Shown here piece by piece: positions 24,686-35,325 of a DNA stretch of 64,000 nt (positions are counted from its first letter, which is position 1; every line of letters starts with the position of its first letter). The notes beneath the pieces are model-generated. The model made no database searches, was not told where the DNA came from, and worked only from the letters and a program-made list of their open reading frames with translations. Location: contig NC_135891.1 in the NCBI RefSeq assembly GCF_964194155.1, positions 42,904,001 to 42,968,000 of the forward strand, read 5' to 3'. A program made the translations under genes and the position numbers. Origin of the DNA: Cetorhinus maximus (lineage: Eukaryota).

Positions 24686-24812
24686 GTTTGTAACTACTGT
24701 AACTTTTTCAAATGATCCTAATCCAGGTTTATATGAAAAAGTTGTGTTCCCATAATGCAACATGTGCAAAATACCCCAGGAGTTTATTTCTGAAGGTGTG
24801 AAAGCATCCATG
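24686..24812 (+). pseudogene. Frameshifted partial duplicate of RNF114 exon 3 with its acceptor
   Basis: Near-identical to 26785-26909, with a 2-nt CC insertion giving TGA at 24799-24801. The native donor was not copied. Confidence 0.92.
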
Positions 24813-25407
24813 GATGATTTGATTCATCTCTACTTCACTTCAATTTTGTATCCAACTCCTTTGAAGTGAAATTATGTTCCACTAAGGTAGAGGGTGATTT
24901 CCTTCTACTTTGAGCCTAGGATGCACAAAGCAGGAACAAAAGGAATGGAGAATTCATTTTCCATAGGGGTTCCAGCAGAGAGAATGAATCTTATTCCTTT
25001 TTCCCAAACTGCTCACACCAGAGTATCTGAGCAAGGCTGGGATAAAGTCCTGGCGTTAGTGAAAAGTAGGTGTCTTTTTAACAGGGCCAACAGCTTCCTA
25101 GTTTCTATTTTTGGTCAACACCTAAAATCTTGGACCTATGCAAAAGACCTAAATGCAGGTGGGCTTAAGTAAGGTGAAGAACACCTCGGCTGTACTCTGG
25201 CTGATTTGCCCCATAATTTAAACAGCTTCCAGCATCTACAACAACAGTGTAGTTTGTTCTGTTTTTCTTTGTTTCTTTTGGCAAACTATTGAGACATATA
25301 AAAATACCTGTGGCCGAGTTGACATTCATAGTATTTTACTGTAACAGTAATACAAGGTATACTGAAGCACACACTAAGGTGAAACAAAAAAAAATTACTC
25401 AAGACAA

Positions 25408-25790
25408 GGGGGAGGTGGTGGTATTGTCACTGGACTAGTAATCCAGAGACCCAGGTTTACTGGGAATCTGGGTTTGAATCCCAACATGGCAAATGGTGAA
25501 ATTTGAATTCAATAATAAAAAGAAAATCTGGAATTAAAAGTCTAATGATCACCAAGAAACCATTGTTGATTCTTCTAAAAACCCACCTGGTTCACTAATA
25601 TCCTTTAGGGAAGGAAATCTGTCGTCCTTACCTGGTCTGGCCTACATGTGACCCCAGATCCACAGCAATATGGTTGACTCTTAAATGTCCTCTGAAACGG
25701 CCTAGCAAGCCACTCGGTTCTCAATTAAGGATGGGCAATAAATGCTGGCCTACACAGTGACGCCCCCATCCCATGAATGAATATAAATAA
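25408..25790 (+). mobile_element. HE1-type V-SINE (tRNA-derived head)
   Basis: Head with B-box-like ggtttgaatccc, core 'agggaaggaaatctg..gtccttacctggtctggcctacatgtgac', tail gggcaataaatgctggcc. Confidence 0.85.
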
Positions 25791-25947
25791 AACAAGTTTT
25801 GATAAAAATGTACGTTTATACAGCACCTTTCACATCCTCAGGATGTCCACAAGTGAATTACAGACAATCTGATAATTAAACCAGTAATACTTCTCTTTAC
25901 TGTAAGTCTGTAATTTAGCTTTAAATACACAAAGGCATTTTTTTTTT

Positions 25948-26290
25948 AAATTGTTCATGGGATGTGGGCGTTGGTGCTAGAATTTACTACCCATCCCTAA
26001 TTGCCCTAGTTCAGGGGGCATTTAAGAGTCAACCACATTGCTGCAGATCTGGAGTCACATGTAGGCCAGACCAGGTAAGGACAGCAGCTTTCCTTCCCTG
26101 AAGGACATTAGTGAACCAGACAGGTTTTTATGACAAGCAGCAATGGTTTAATGGTCGTCATCAGACTTTTAATTTTGAACTTTATCCCACCACGGCAAAT
26201 GGTGAAAGTTTCGAACCCAGGTCCCCAGAGCATTGCCCTGGGTCTCTGGACTACTAGTCAGTGACAATACCACTATGCCATCGCCTCCTC
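25948..26290 (-). mobile_element. HE1-type V-SINE, inverted copy
   Basis: Reverse complement of the same core (gtcacatgtaggccagaccaggtaaggac); T-run marks its 3' end. Confidence 0.85.
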
Positions 26291-26344
26291 ATAGACCAAA
26301 AAGATCATATACAGCAGGATATGTCAGTCTGAGGAGGAGAGATG

Positions 26345-26712
26345 GGGAGATGGTGGTTTAGTGGTAATGTTACTGGATTAGTAATTCTGAGGACTTGGCT
26401 AAAGCTCTGAGGACATAGGTTCCACCATGACAGCAGGTGGAATTTAAATTCAATTATTAAAAGTTTGGAATGTAAAGCTAGCCTGCGTAAACACCCACCT
26501 GGTACATTAATACCCATCAGGGAAGGAAATCTGCCATACTTACCTGGTCTCACCTACATGTGACTCCAGACCCTCAGTAATGTGGCTGATGCTTAACTGC
26601 CATCTGCAATGGCTGAGCAAGCCACTCAATCCAAGGGCGTGGCAATTATGATGGGCAACAAATGCTGGCCTTGCCAGTGATACCCACATCCCATGAAAGA
26701 ATAAAAAAAAGA
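26345..26712 (+). mobile_element. HE1-type V-SINE
   Basis: Same head, core and tail; A-rich end about 110 nt upstream of the exon 3 acceptor. Confidence 0.85.
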
Positions 26713-26825
26713 AATACAAGGTTCACATTGTATCTGACTTGAAGCTGTTGCTGAGAGCATGCAATTTTATTCTGTTTTCTGCGTGTTTGTAACTACTGTA
26801 ACTTTTTCAAATTATCCTAATCCAG

Positions 26826-26932
26826 GTTTATATGAAAAAATTGCGTTCCCATAATGCAACATGTGCAAAATACCAGGAGTTTATTTCTGAAGGTGTGAAA
26901 GCATCCATGAAGGATCAGCATCCCAGCCTTAG
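26826..26932 (+). CDS. RNF114: RNF114 coding exon 3
   Basis: VYMKKLRSHNATCAKYQEFISEGVKASMKDQHPSL. 107 nt, ccag|...AG|gtgact. Confidence 0.93.
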
Positions 26933-27199
26933 GTGACTATATTTTAAGTATTTTTCACTCCTTGTAACTAAGTTACAGCTATTAAACTGCATTGTTTGTT
27001 TTCTTTTCCAGAGATGATCCTTTGATGGAGACTTAAACATGTGAATGCAATGCTTTTTGTATTGTACTTTGCATTTGCTGTTTGGATGTTGGGCAGACAG
27101 TTTTCATTAGTCGAGGGTGCCTGCTGTTGCTGCTGTTCTCGTTGCAGAACAAATATATATAGTATGAGTCATGGAAGCGTTTTAAAGGCTTGACTCAAG

Positions 27200-27615
27200 G
27201 TAAAACAAGTATTGAGTTGAGTTAATGTTTCAGTCGATGACCTTCCATCAAAACTGGAAAACTTTAGAGCTGTAACAGATTTTAAACAAGTATAGAGGCA
27301 GGGAAAGGAGGGAGGGTGGCGGGAGCAGGGTGAGAATAAAAAGGAGGGTCTGTGCTGGAGTGGAAAGCAAGAGGGATTAGATAATAAAAGGAAATGGTAA
27401 TCGGACAAGTAAAGAAACAAACGTGGGTTTAGAGAAGATGGAAATAGCAGAATCATTACCAACAACTGCTGTCTGAAGAAATGGGGACAGAGTTTATGAA
27501 CTGAAATTCTTGAGCTCAGTGTAGACGGTTGTAAAGTGCCTAACCAAAAGCTTGAGGAACAGTAACACACCTTTTGGTTGGACACTTTACAACCTTCAGC
27601 CTCAATATTGCGGTG
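27200..27615 (-). mobile_element. Decayed Penelope-like 3' fragment with an inverted segment
   Basis: Terminal-repeat motif at 27219-27257 and an LGTLQP C-terminal remnant like the end of ORF 51567-52748. 27527-27550 is the reverse complement of 27571-27594. Confidence 0.7.
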
Positions 27616-30215
27616 AACACAGGAGGCCGCTTTGCTCACTGAATCAATGATAGTTCTTCTATTAAGCTATCTCTTATCCCTTTTCCTTGCTATTTCCCAA
27701 TATCCTTTTTTATTTACAGATGCAATTTTCTATTTTAAATTGTGCTGTAGTTTCTGCCTGCTATCCATTTTCTAATAACTCTGAGATTTCCATTACCATT
27801 GTGTCTACAGCCCTGTTACTTAATTGCCTGTGAGACCTAGAGGTGGCGCTGTAATAGGAGTTTCCACATTTGGAGCACTCCATTTCATGTTTCTCAATCA
27901 CTAAAGCCTGTAGGCTAGTGCGATAGTGGGAAACGGATGATAGTAAACTGGCAACCCATTTTACATTTCTCCCAAATTTTATTTCCATGGACTCACCATC
28001 GCACAAAGTCAAAATTTACCCTGCATCTGCAGTTGCTCATTAAAAAGCTTTGTGTAAGTCTGCATATTGTTCTAAGCTTTGGCCACCAAGTGCTGCTGTG
28101 AAATAAAGAGTTCTGAGCTTTTTCTTCACTTCTGATGCTATCTTTGTTTTAAAACTGCTTAGCCAGGAAAATTTAAATCATACCCTTTACCTTAACTCTT
28201 AAAAATGTTTTCAGGTTTACTTTAGATGTATATTTTCCCCAGCTCTTTAGGGCAAATGAGAATACTTCACTGCCACGCCTTCCATTTTCTTAAACATTAT
28301 TGCTGAACATTCTGCTCCTCTTAGATATTCCATTTTCCTATGCAACTCTGGCTACTCTACCTTATCTCTTTTTGCCTCATTTACTGTTATCTCCCCCCAG
28401 CCTCTTCTCTTTTCACTCTGCTTACCCTACCTCCTCATTGCACACACTGTCAACTTATTGCTCTCTAGGTTACAGAACTGCACTCTTCCATCACCTTGAT
28501 CAAATTATTTCTACCCCTTAACTGTATTTGAGTTTAGAATTCTGTTTGGTCATGTGGAATGGACATTTGGCCATTCCTTGAGGTGTGTACAGGCCATGCT
28601 GCCTGCTAACTGGAATGGCCTAACTAGGGTTGAGCGTGTTGATTTAGCCTTGGGAGCAACAAAGCTGAGATGAGGAAGTATTATGGAAAGTTTTGTGAAT
28701 TAACGGATTCTTCTGTGTGTTAATTATGTGATTTTTAGGAACACAGTGGGTTAGTGAAGACTTAACATTAATTAATGGCATAAAGTAGTTTTTAAATAGA
28801 TAAACTAACTCATGCTATATAGTGTCCTGAATATGAACCTAAATGAGTTCAACAAGGTTCTTTGATTGAGAGTTGGGCAGAGAGCTATTGAAGCCAAATC
28901 CAGCCTTTTTTCATTTGACATCCATATATCTGGCAGGGATCAATAGCAGTTAAAAGTGATACAGGCTGATTACACTAGCACCCCTCCACTCACCCCCTCC
29001 CCAATTCAGAGTGTTATGATATGGCAGGTGGTATTCGCTGGGCTGACCAAATCCCAAAGGGAAACTTGGTCAGACTATTACAATGGTTTTGCAATTTGTA
29101 TTTATTACAAGAAGGTATGTGTACTGAAGTCAGAAGTAAAGATTCCACAACCACTTTTGGAGATTTTAAATATTAAATTAAAACATTTATTAACAAAAGA
29201 AAACTTAAACACAAGATTACTGTTACACAGTTAAATTTAGTCTTATAACATTTCCCAAAAGATTTCTACTTAACTAGACACACAGATAAACACTCTTTTC
29301 CAGGCAACAGCCCCTATAGATTCTGAATCTGTAAAATATCCAGTAATATTACTGCAAGGCACCCACGGTTGCTGTAAGGGAGGTATTTCATAAGCTTCTC
29401 TCACCCTCTCACTCGACAATGGAAATCCAAGGCTTGTAACAAAACTTAGCTTTCTAGAACAACCAGACACTTCTCTGGAGTGGCCAGAGGCTGCTTCCTT
29501 CACAAGACTTTGCTCATACAGCACACTCTTCAAGATCACATGGCCACTCACACACATACAGCTTTCAATCTTCCCTTAAATACACTTCTTCCCTTTCATC
29601 TTTACCCATTGTTCTTAACTGTCTTTTGAAAGTCACCTTTCCCAGAATCCAAAAAATCTTTCAAGTTGTCTTTATGGCCACTACCTTCGGGAAAAATAAA
29701 CTTAATAACTTTGCTTTATTTATTTATTTTTGATCTTTGCCAGTTGTAAAACACCCTTTGATTTCTCTTTAACATTCAACAGCTAAAAATTCAACTCCTC
29801 ATTCATCTCCTAATGCAAATTCCTATTCAGGTTGTATTTACTTGTACCCCATCTTAGCTTGTCCATTTCCACTTCAAAATGTCTGCTTTTACACCTAACC
29901 CCTTTGATGATTTAAACCTTCCATTCTGACTGGCTTCAGTCTAATTAAATTAGTTTCTCACACATACAATATACACACAGCCCCCACAATCCTGCTTCAC
30001 AGTATCCCACAGTGATATTGGAAAAAATGATATTTTCTTTACAAGAGCATAAAGATAATTGTAGCATCCCAGCTGCGGCACCACTTGTGGTCTGTCCAGA
30101 ATTAGTTGATCTTAAGTTAAACCTTTGCTGTCCTTTACTGAAGGTCTTTCAATTATGTAAGTAGTAAAAGAAGACATATTCCAGAGTGTTACATTGTGCC
30201 TCCATTGTTTTTCAG

Positions 30216-30330
30216 CAGTCTCCCCAATCGCTTTACTTTTACCTGTCCTTTCTGCAATGCAAGGAACTTGGACCAAGATGGCCTGGTGGAACATTGCATT
30301 ACAAGCCATACAGGAGAATATGGAAGAATG
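30216..30330 (+). CDS. RNF114: RNF114 coding exon 4 (first Di19-type C2H2 finger)
   Basis: SLPNRFTFTCPFCNARNLDQDGLVEHCITSHTGEYGRM. 115 nt, ttcag|...ATG|gtaaga. Confidence 0.94.
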
Positions 30331-30412
30331 GTAAGATTTAAAAAGAATGCTGCATTGCATTACAAGCCATACAGGAGAATATGGAAGAATGGTAAGATTT
30401 AAAAAGAATGCT
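30292..30412 (+). repeat. 61-bp-period tandem duplication spanning the exon 4 donor
   Basis: 30292-30351 is identical to 30353-30412. Confidence 0.97.
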
Positions 30413-30609
30413 ATCATGTAGAGCAGGTCACTCTAAATACTGTTAAAGTATCAATAATCCATGTTCCTAACAGTACCGATTTATTGCAGAATATGGTTGA
30501 CAGACTATTATTGCAGAGGCAATGTAACTAATCCAGTTCTATCCTTGCAATCTCTCCAGATGTCACTAGTCTGTTATTAAGATAGGGAAGCCCTAGCCTT
30601 CTATTTATT

Positions 30610-30770
30610 TCACCCACTCAAAGGAAAGGAACACTGAGCCCAACTGTGATGTCTCTACCATTTCCCCAGCCGAGATCAGCTAACACTGCACGGATCAAAG
30701 ATCAAACATGAGAGCATCCTGCTCTTGTGCTATGGTACTATTCTTTGCAATGTACTTACCCTCGCCATCG
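30610..30770 (-). mobile_element. Possible ancient tRNA-SINE remnant
   Basis: 'gatcagctaacactgcac' recurs as 'aatcagctaacacagcac' at ~14930. Family not identified. Confidence 0.35.
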
Positions 30771-31309
30771 GATTATGATATTAAATTATGAAATTAAAAT
30801 TTTTAATACGTACTTCAAAATCTAGGGATAGTTTTACAAGGTAAATTCTGAACTGTTAAGTTGTTGAATAAACTAGCAGAGTTTAAGACTAGATGTAATC
30901 TGTATCTTAGTCTAGTTATTCAGGAGGTCTTCATGAGGTTGTTAATTCCAAAGACAAATTTAATTTAGTTAATTTTTGGACAAATTCTTGGAATAATTGA
31001 CTTGTGAATATCTACTGTTACTTGTTCAAATTATAGGAATAACTTTTATTTTTTGTGCACAGAATAATTAATTGTCCAAATATACAGATAGGCCTAATCT
31101 TTAGCTTTTTTAAGCAGATAGTTGCCGAGGCTGATCATGATAGCAGCAGTACTGTATGTGCTATCCTGTACCTAATATCTGTATGATCAAAATTGGCAAT
31201 TTGATTCTCATTTTTAAAAAATCTAATGTGACCAAGATGTATTCACGTACTAGTATTAATAATCTTTGCACTTACTCCCAAAGACCAGGTCAGACACTTC
31301 TTAAGACCA

Positions 31310-33140
31310 TAAGATGTAGAAGCAGAAGTAGACCATTCAGTTCATCAAGTCTGTTCTGCTATTCAATGAGATCATGGCTGATCTCCTAATCCTCAACTCC
31401 ACTTTCTTGCCTTTTCCCCATAACCCTTGATTCCCTTACTGATTAAAAATCTGTCTATCTCAGCCTTGAATATACTTAACGACCCAGCCTCTACAGCCCT
31501 CCGTGGTAGAGAATTCCACAGATTCACTACCCTCTGGGAGAAGAAATTCCTCCTCATCCCTGTCATAAATGACCCCTTACTTGGAAATTATGCCCTCTGG
31601 TCCTAGACTCTCCCACAAGGGGAAACAACTTCTCAGCATCTGCCCTGTCAAGCCCCCTTATGTTTCAATAAGGTTGCCTCTCATCCTTCTAAACTCTAAT
31701 GAGTACAGGCCCAACTGACTCAACCTCTATTCGTAAGAAAATCTCTCCATCCCCGGGATCAACCTAGTGAACGTTCTCTGGACTTCTCCAATGCCAGTAT
31801 GTCTTTCCCTAGATAAGGGGACCAAAACTGTTCAGTGTTCTAGGTGTGGTCTAACTGTTGCCTTACATAATTTTAGCAAGACTTCCCTATTTTTATACTC
31901 TATTCCCTTTGAAATAAAGGCCAACATTCCATTTGCCTTCCCAATTACCTGCTGAATTTGTATGCTAGATTTTTGTGATTCATGCACGATCACCTCCAAA
32001 TCCCTCTGTGCTGCAGCTTTCTGCAGTCTTTCTCCATTTAAATAATATTCAGCTCCTCTATTCTTCCTGCCAAAGTGCATAACCTCACATTTTCCCACAT
32101 TATATTCCATCTGCCAAGTTTTTTTGCCCAATCACTTAACTTGTCTTTGTCCCCCTGTAGACTCTGTGTCATCCTCACTACTTGCCTTCCCATGTATTTT
32201 TTGTGTCGTCTGCAAACTTGGCAATAGTACATTTACTTCCCGCATCCAAGTCATTAATATATTGTAAATACTTGTGGCCCCAGCACTGATCCCTGTGGCA
32301 CTCCACTAGTTACAGGTTGCCATCCTGAAAATGCCCCCCTTACCCCAATTCTCTGTCTTCTATTAGTTAGCCAATCGTCTATCCATGCTAATATACTACC
32401 CCCAGCACCATGGGCTCTTACCTTTATTAAGTAGCCTTATGTGTGGTACCTTATCGAACGCCTTTTGGAAATCCAAATATAATGGTTCCACTTTATCTAT
32501 CCTGCTTGTTACCTCCTCAAAGAATTCTAATAAATTTATCAGGCATGATTTCACCTTCATGAAGCCATGCTGACTCTGCTTGATTATATTATGCATTTCT
32601 AAATGCTCTGCTATTACACCTTTTATAATAGACTTCAACAATTTCCCAATGACAGGTGTTAAGCTAACTGGCCTACAGTTACCTGTTTTTTGGTCTCCCT
32701 TTTTGAATAAGGGTGTTACATTGGCAGTTTTCCAATCCTCTGGGACTTTTGCAGAATCTAAGGATTCTTGGAAGATTACTAGCAGTGCATCCACTATCTC
32801 TGTAGCTATTTCCTTTAATATCCGAGAATGCAACCCATCAGGTTCAGGGGACTTATCGGTCTTTAGCCCCATTAGTTTCCCTAGCACTTTTTCTCTAGTG
32901 ATAGTTATTGTATTTAATTCCTCTCTTTCCTCCACCCTTTCCCCCCCCCCACCTTTTGCCCCTTGATTATTTAGTATTTTTGGAATGCTATTAGTGTCTT
33001 CTACCGTGAAGACTGATGCAAAGTATTTATTCAACTCCTATACCATTTCCTGGTTCCCCATTATTATTTCCCCAGCCTCATTCTCTAAGGGGCCTATGTT
33101 CACTTTTGCCTCTCTCTTCCTTTTTATATATTTAAAGCAG
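31310..33140 (-). mobile_element. CR1 LINE ORF2 3' portion
   Basis: 212-aa ORF with KSPEPDGLHSRILKE, WKTANVTPLFKKG, QHGFMKVKSCLINLLEFF and YLDFQKAFDKVPH. Confidence 0.93.
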
Positions 33141-33839
33141 CTCTTACTACATTGTAGTTTAAGAATGTACCTTAAAACCCAGCTGCAGCTGACATTCTAG
33201 TGTGGTAAATAGTATTTTTCTACTTTGCATAGTAATCATCCATGTGCTGTTTTAGTTTGTCGTGTGGAATTGTTCTGAGACTAGTGCTAATTGCTTCACT
33301 TAGGACTGTTACAGTTCAGAGTCTCAGTACTGTTATGCTTCAAGTGCCAATCAAAGATAGAGGTAAAACACTATTATGACAATTTTCTGAGCGTTGTTCC
33401 CTTCAAATGTAAAGCACCACTGGGAGCAAAAGAGAACTGAATCGACCCATTTCATCCTATTGGTCTATGCTGGATTTGAATATATCCAAAAGTTGTCAAG
33501 GCTGTAATTTCAATTGTGCCATCTTGTTAAATGTTACTTTCCCTGCTCTATGTATTATATTTTCCTATTCTATTAAGCAGTCAGTCATATTTTAGTTTGC
33601 AAATATTGGAAGTGCATAGGCCAAAATTATCTCAAACATTGATGCTCTGAAGGGAAATCCTTAGAACGACTGGACCGACCAGCTATATAAGTAGATTATT
33701 TTCAGATATGCAGCATTTATAAACATAAAAGAATAGTCAGAGGAAGGGTGCGGCCAATTTGGGACCAACAAGGAGATCTTGTAGAGACAGAATGCATGGC
33801 CGAGTTACTAGTGCTTTGCATCTGTCTTCACTAAAGGAG

Positions 33840-34193
33840 AATCTATACCTTTAATGCCTTGTTAGTCTTTCCACCCCACCCCCACTAGAGCTGTACCTTG
33901 AGTGTCCTGCCATCCATTCTTAATTAGCACATTCATTTAGATAATATCACCACCTTCAAAACCTCTTTGTTCCTTTGTCTGTGACATTTTTTGATTATCT
34001 GCTCCTATCACTGCTTGCTTGTCCCTACAACCACTGCACCCCCCCCCCCCCCCCCCTTAAACCAGCTTATATTTCACCCCTCTCCTAATATTACTCAGTT
34101 CTGTTGAAGGGTCATGAGGACTCGAAACGTCGACTCTTCTTCTCCGCCGATGCTGCCAGACCTGCTGAGTTTTTCCAGGTAATTCTGTTTTTG
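33840..34193 (+). mobile_element. Penelope terminal-repeat fragment with 13-bp target-site duplication
   Basis: ttcactaaaggag at both 33827-33839 and 34194-34206. 3' end matches the reverse complement of 51086-51140. Confidence 0.88.
34096..34136 (+). ncRNA. Minimal type I hammerhead-ribozyme-like motif (variant core)
   Basis: cagtt-CTGTTGA-a-gggtc-atgag-gactc-GAAAC-GTC-gact. Layout matches the minimal hammerheads known from Penelope repeats. Confidence 0.6.
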
Positions 34194-34524
34194 TTCACTA
34201 AAGGAGGCTGCTGTCATTGTTACAGTAAAGGAGCAGGTGATGGAGAAATTAGATGAGGTAAAAATAGATAAAGAAGAGGTACTTAAAAAGTTGGCAGCGC
34301 TCAAAGTAGAAAGTAGCTCAGACCAGATGGGATGGAACCTAGGTTGCTGAGAGGTGGAAACTTCTGGCCACAGGCTTCCAATCTTCCTTAGAGGAAGTGG
34401 TGCCAGAGGACAAGAGGATTGCAGATGTTACACCCATGTTCAAAGGGGAGATTAGATAAACCCAGCAGCTACAAACAAGTCAGTTTAAAGTCAGTGATAG
34501 GGAAACTTTTTCAGAGACATTAAT

Positions 34525-35325
34525 CACCAGGCATTATGGAGAGCCTGCCTGTCATGGCAGAGCTGGATATTGAACTCACAGTGGATGAGCTTAGCAAAAC
34601 TGCTTGCCATGGGCAAAGCTCCAGGTGCTAATGTTATACCATCTGAACTCATCATTCACGAGAAACTAGCACTCCTGCAGCATCTCCACAATCATTTTGT
34701 CTCTGCTGGAGGGAGGGGGCTGTGCCCAGGATTTGTGTGATTCAAAGATTGTGTCCCTGTATAAGAAGAAAGGTGAACACAGTGATTGCAACGACTATTG
34801 AGGCGTCGCCCTGCTGAGCATCATGGGTAAAGTATTTGCCTGTGTTGCCCTTGTCAGACTGCAGATCTTAGCTGAATGCATCTATCCCGAATCCTAGTGT
34901 GGCTTCAGAACTAGAAGATTTACAATTGACATAATCTTCTCAGTTCGGCAGCTGCAAGAGAAATGCCGTAAACAAAGCCAATATATTTCCTTCGTTGATC
35001 TCGCCAACCACGTGTGCAGCGGCGCTCTATTTAAGCTGCTGCAGAAAATTGGCTCCTTGCCAATGGCGGATATTAACACTGACAACTGGGAGACAGTTGC
35101 TGACGGCTGTGATCTCTGGAGGCTGACTGTTTGGAAGGGCATTAGAAAAAATAAAAAGTTCAGCTGGCTGAGAAGAGGCCAGCAAATTGTGTACCTTAGC
35201 CAACTGTCTTCCTCTGCCGAAAATGCGACAGAGACTGCCATGCCAGAGTCACACCAGGCAATGCTCAACGCAGAGTTGACCACGGTGGCGCAAATTATTG
35301 TCTTACAAGATGGAAGGATGCCACA
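34525..35325 (+). mobile_element. Internally deleted RTE-clade LINE fragment
   Basis: Remnants of YKKKGEHSDCNDY*GVALLS, PES*CGFR and IFSVRQLQEKC, the same motifs as in the element at 47900-49950. Confidence 0.75.

Noticed and set aside
25408-25500. tRNA gene
   Set aside because: The A/B-box-like sequence is the tRNA-derived SINE head and does not form a full cloverleaf.
27836-27850. CTCF-like motif cctagaggtggcgct
   Set aside because: Three mismatches in the 5' part of the core; one motif without ChIP or conservation data is not enough.
29097-30042. Possible solo LTR
   Set aside because: TGT...ACA ends are plausible, but I found no target-site duplication or internal sequence.
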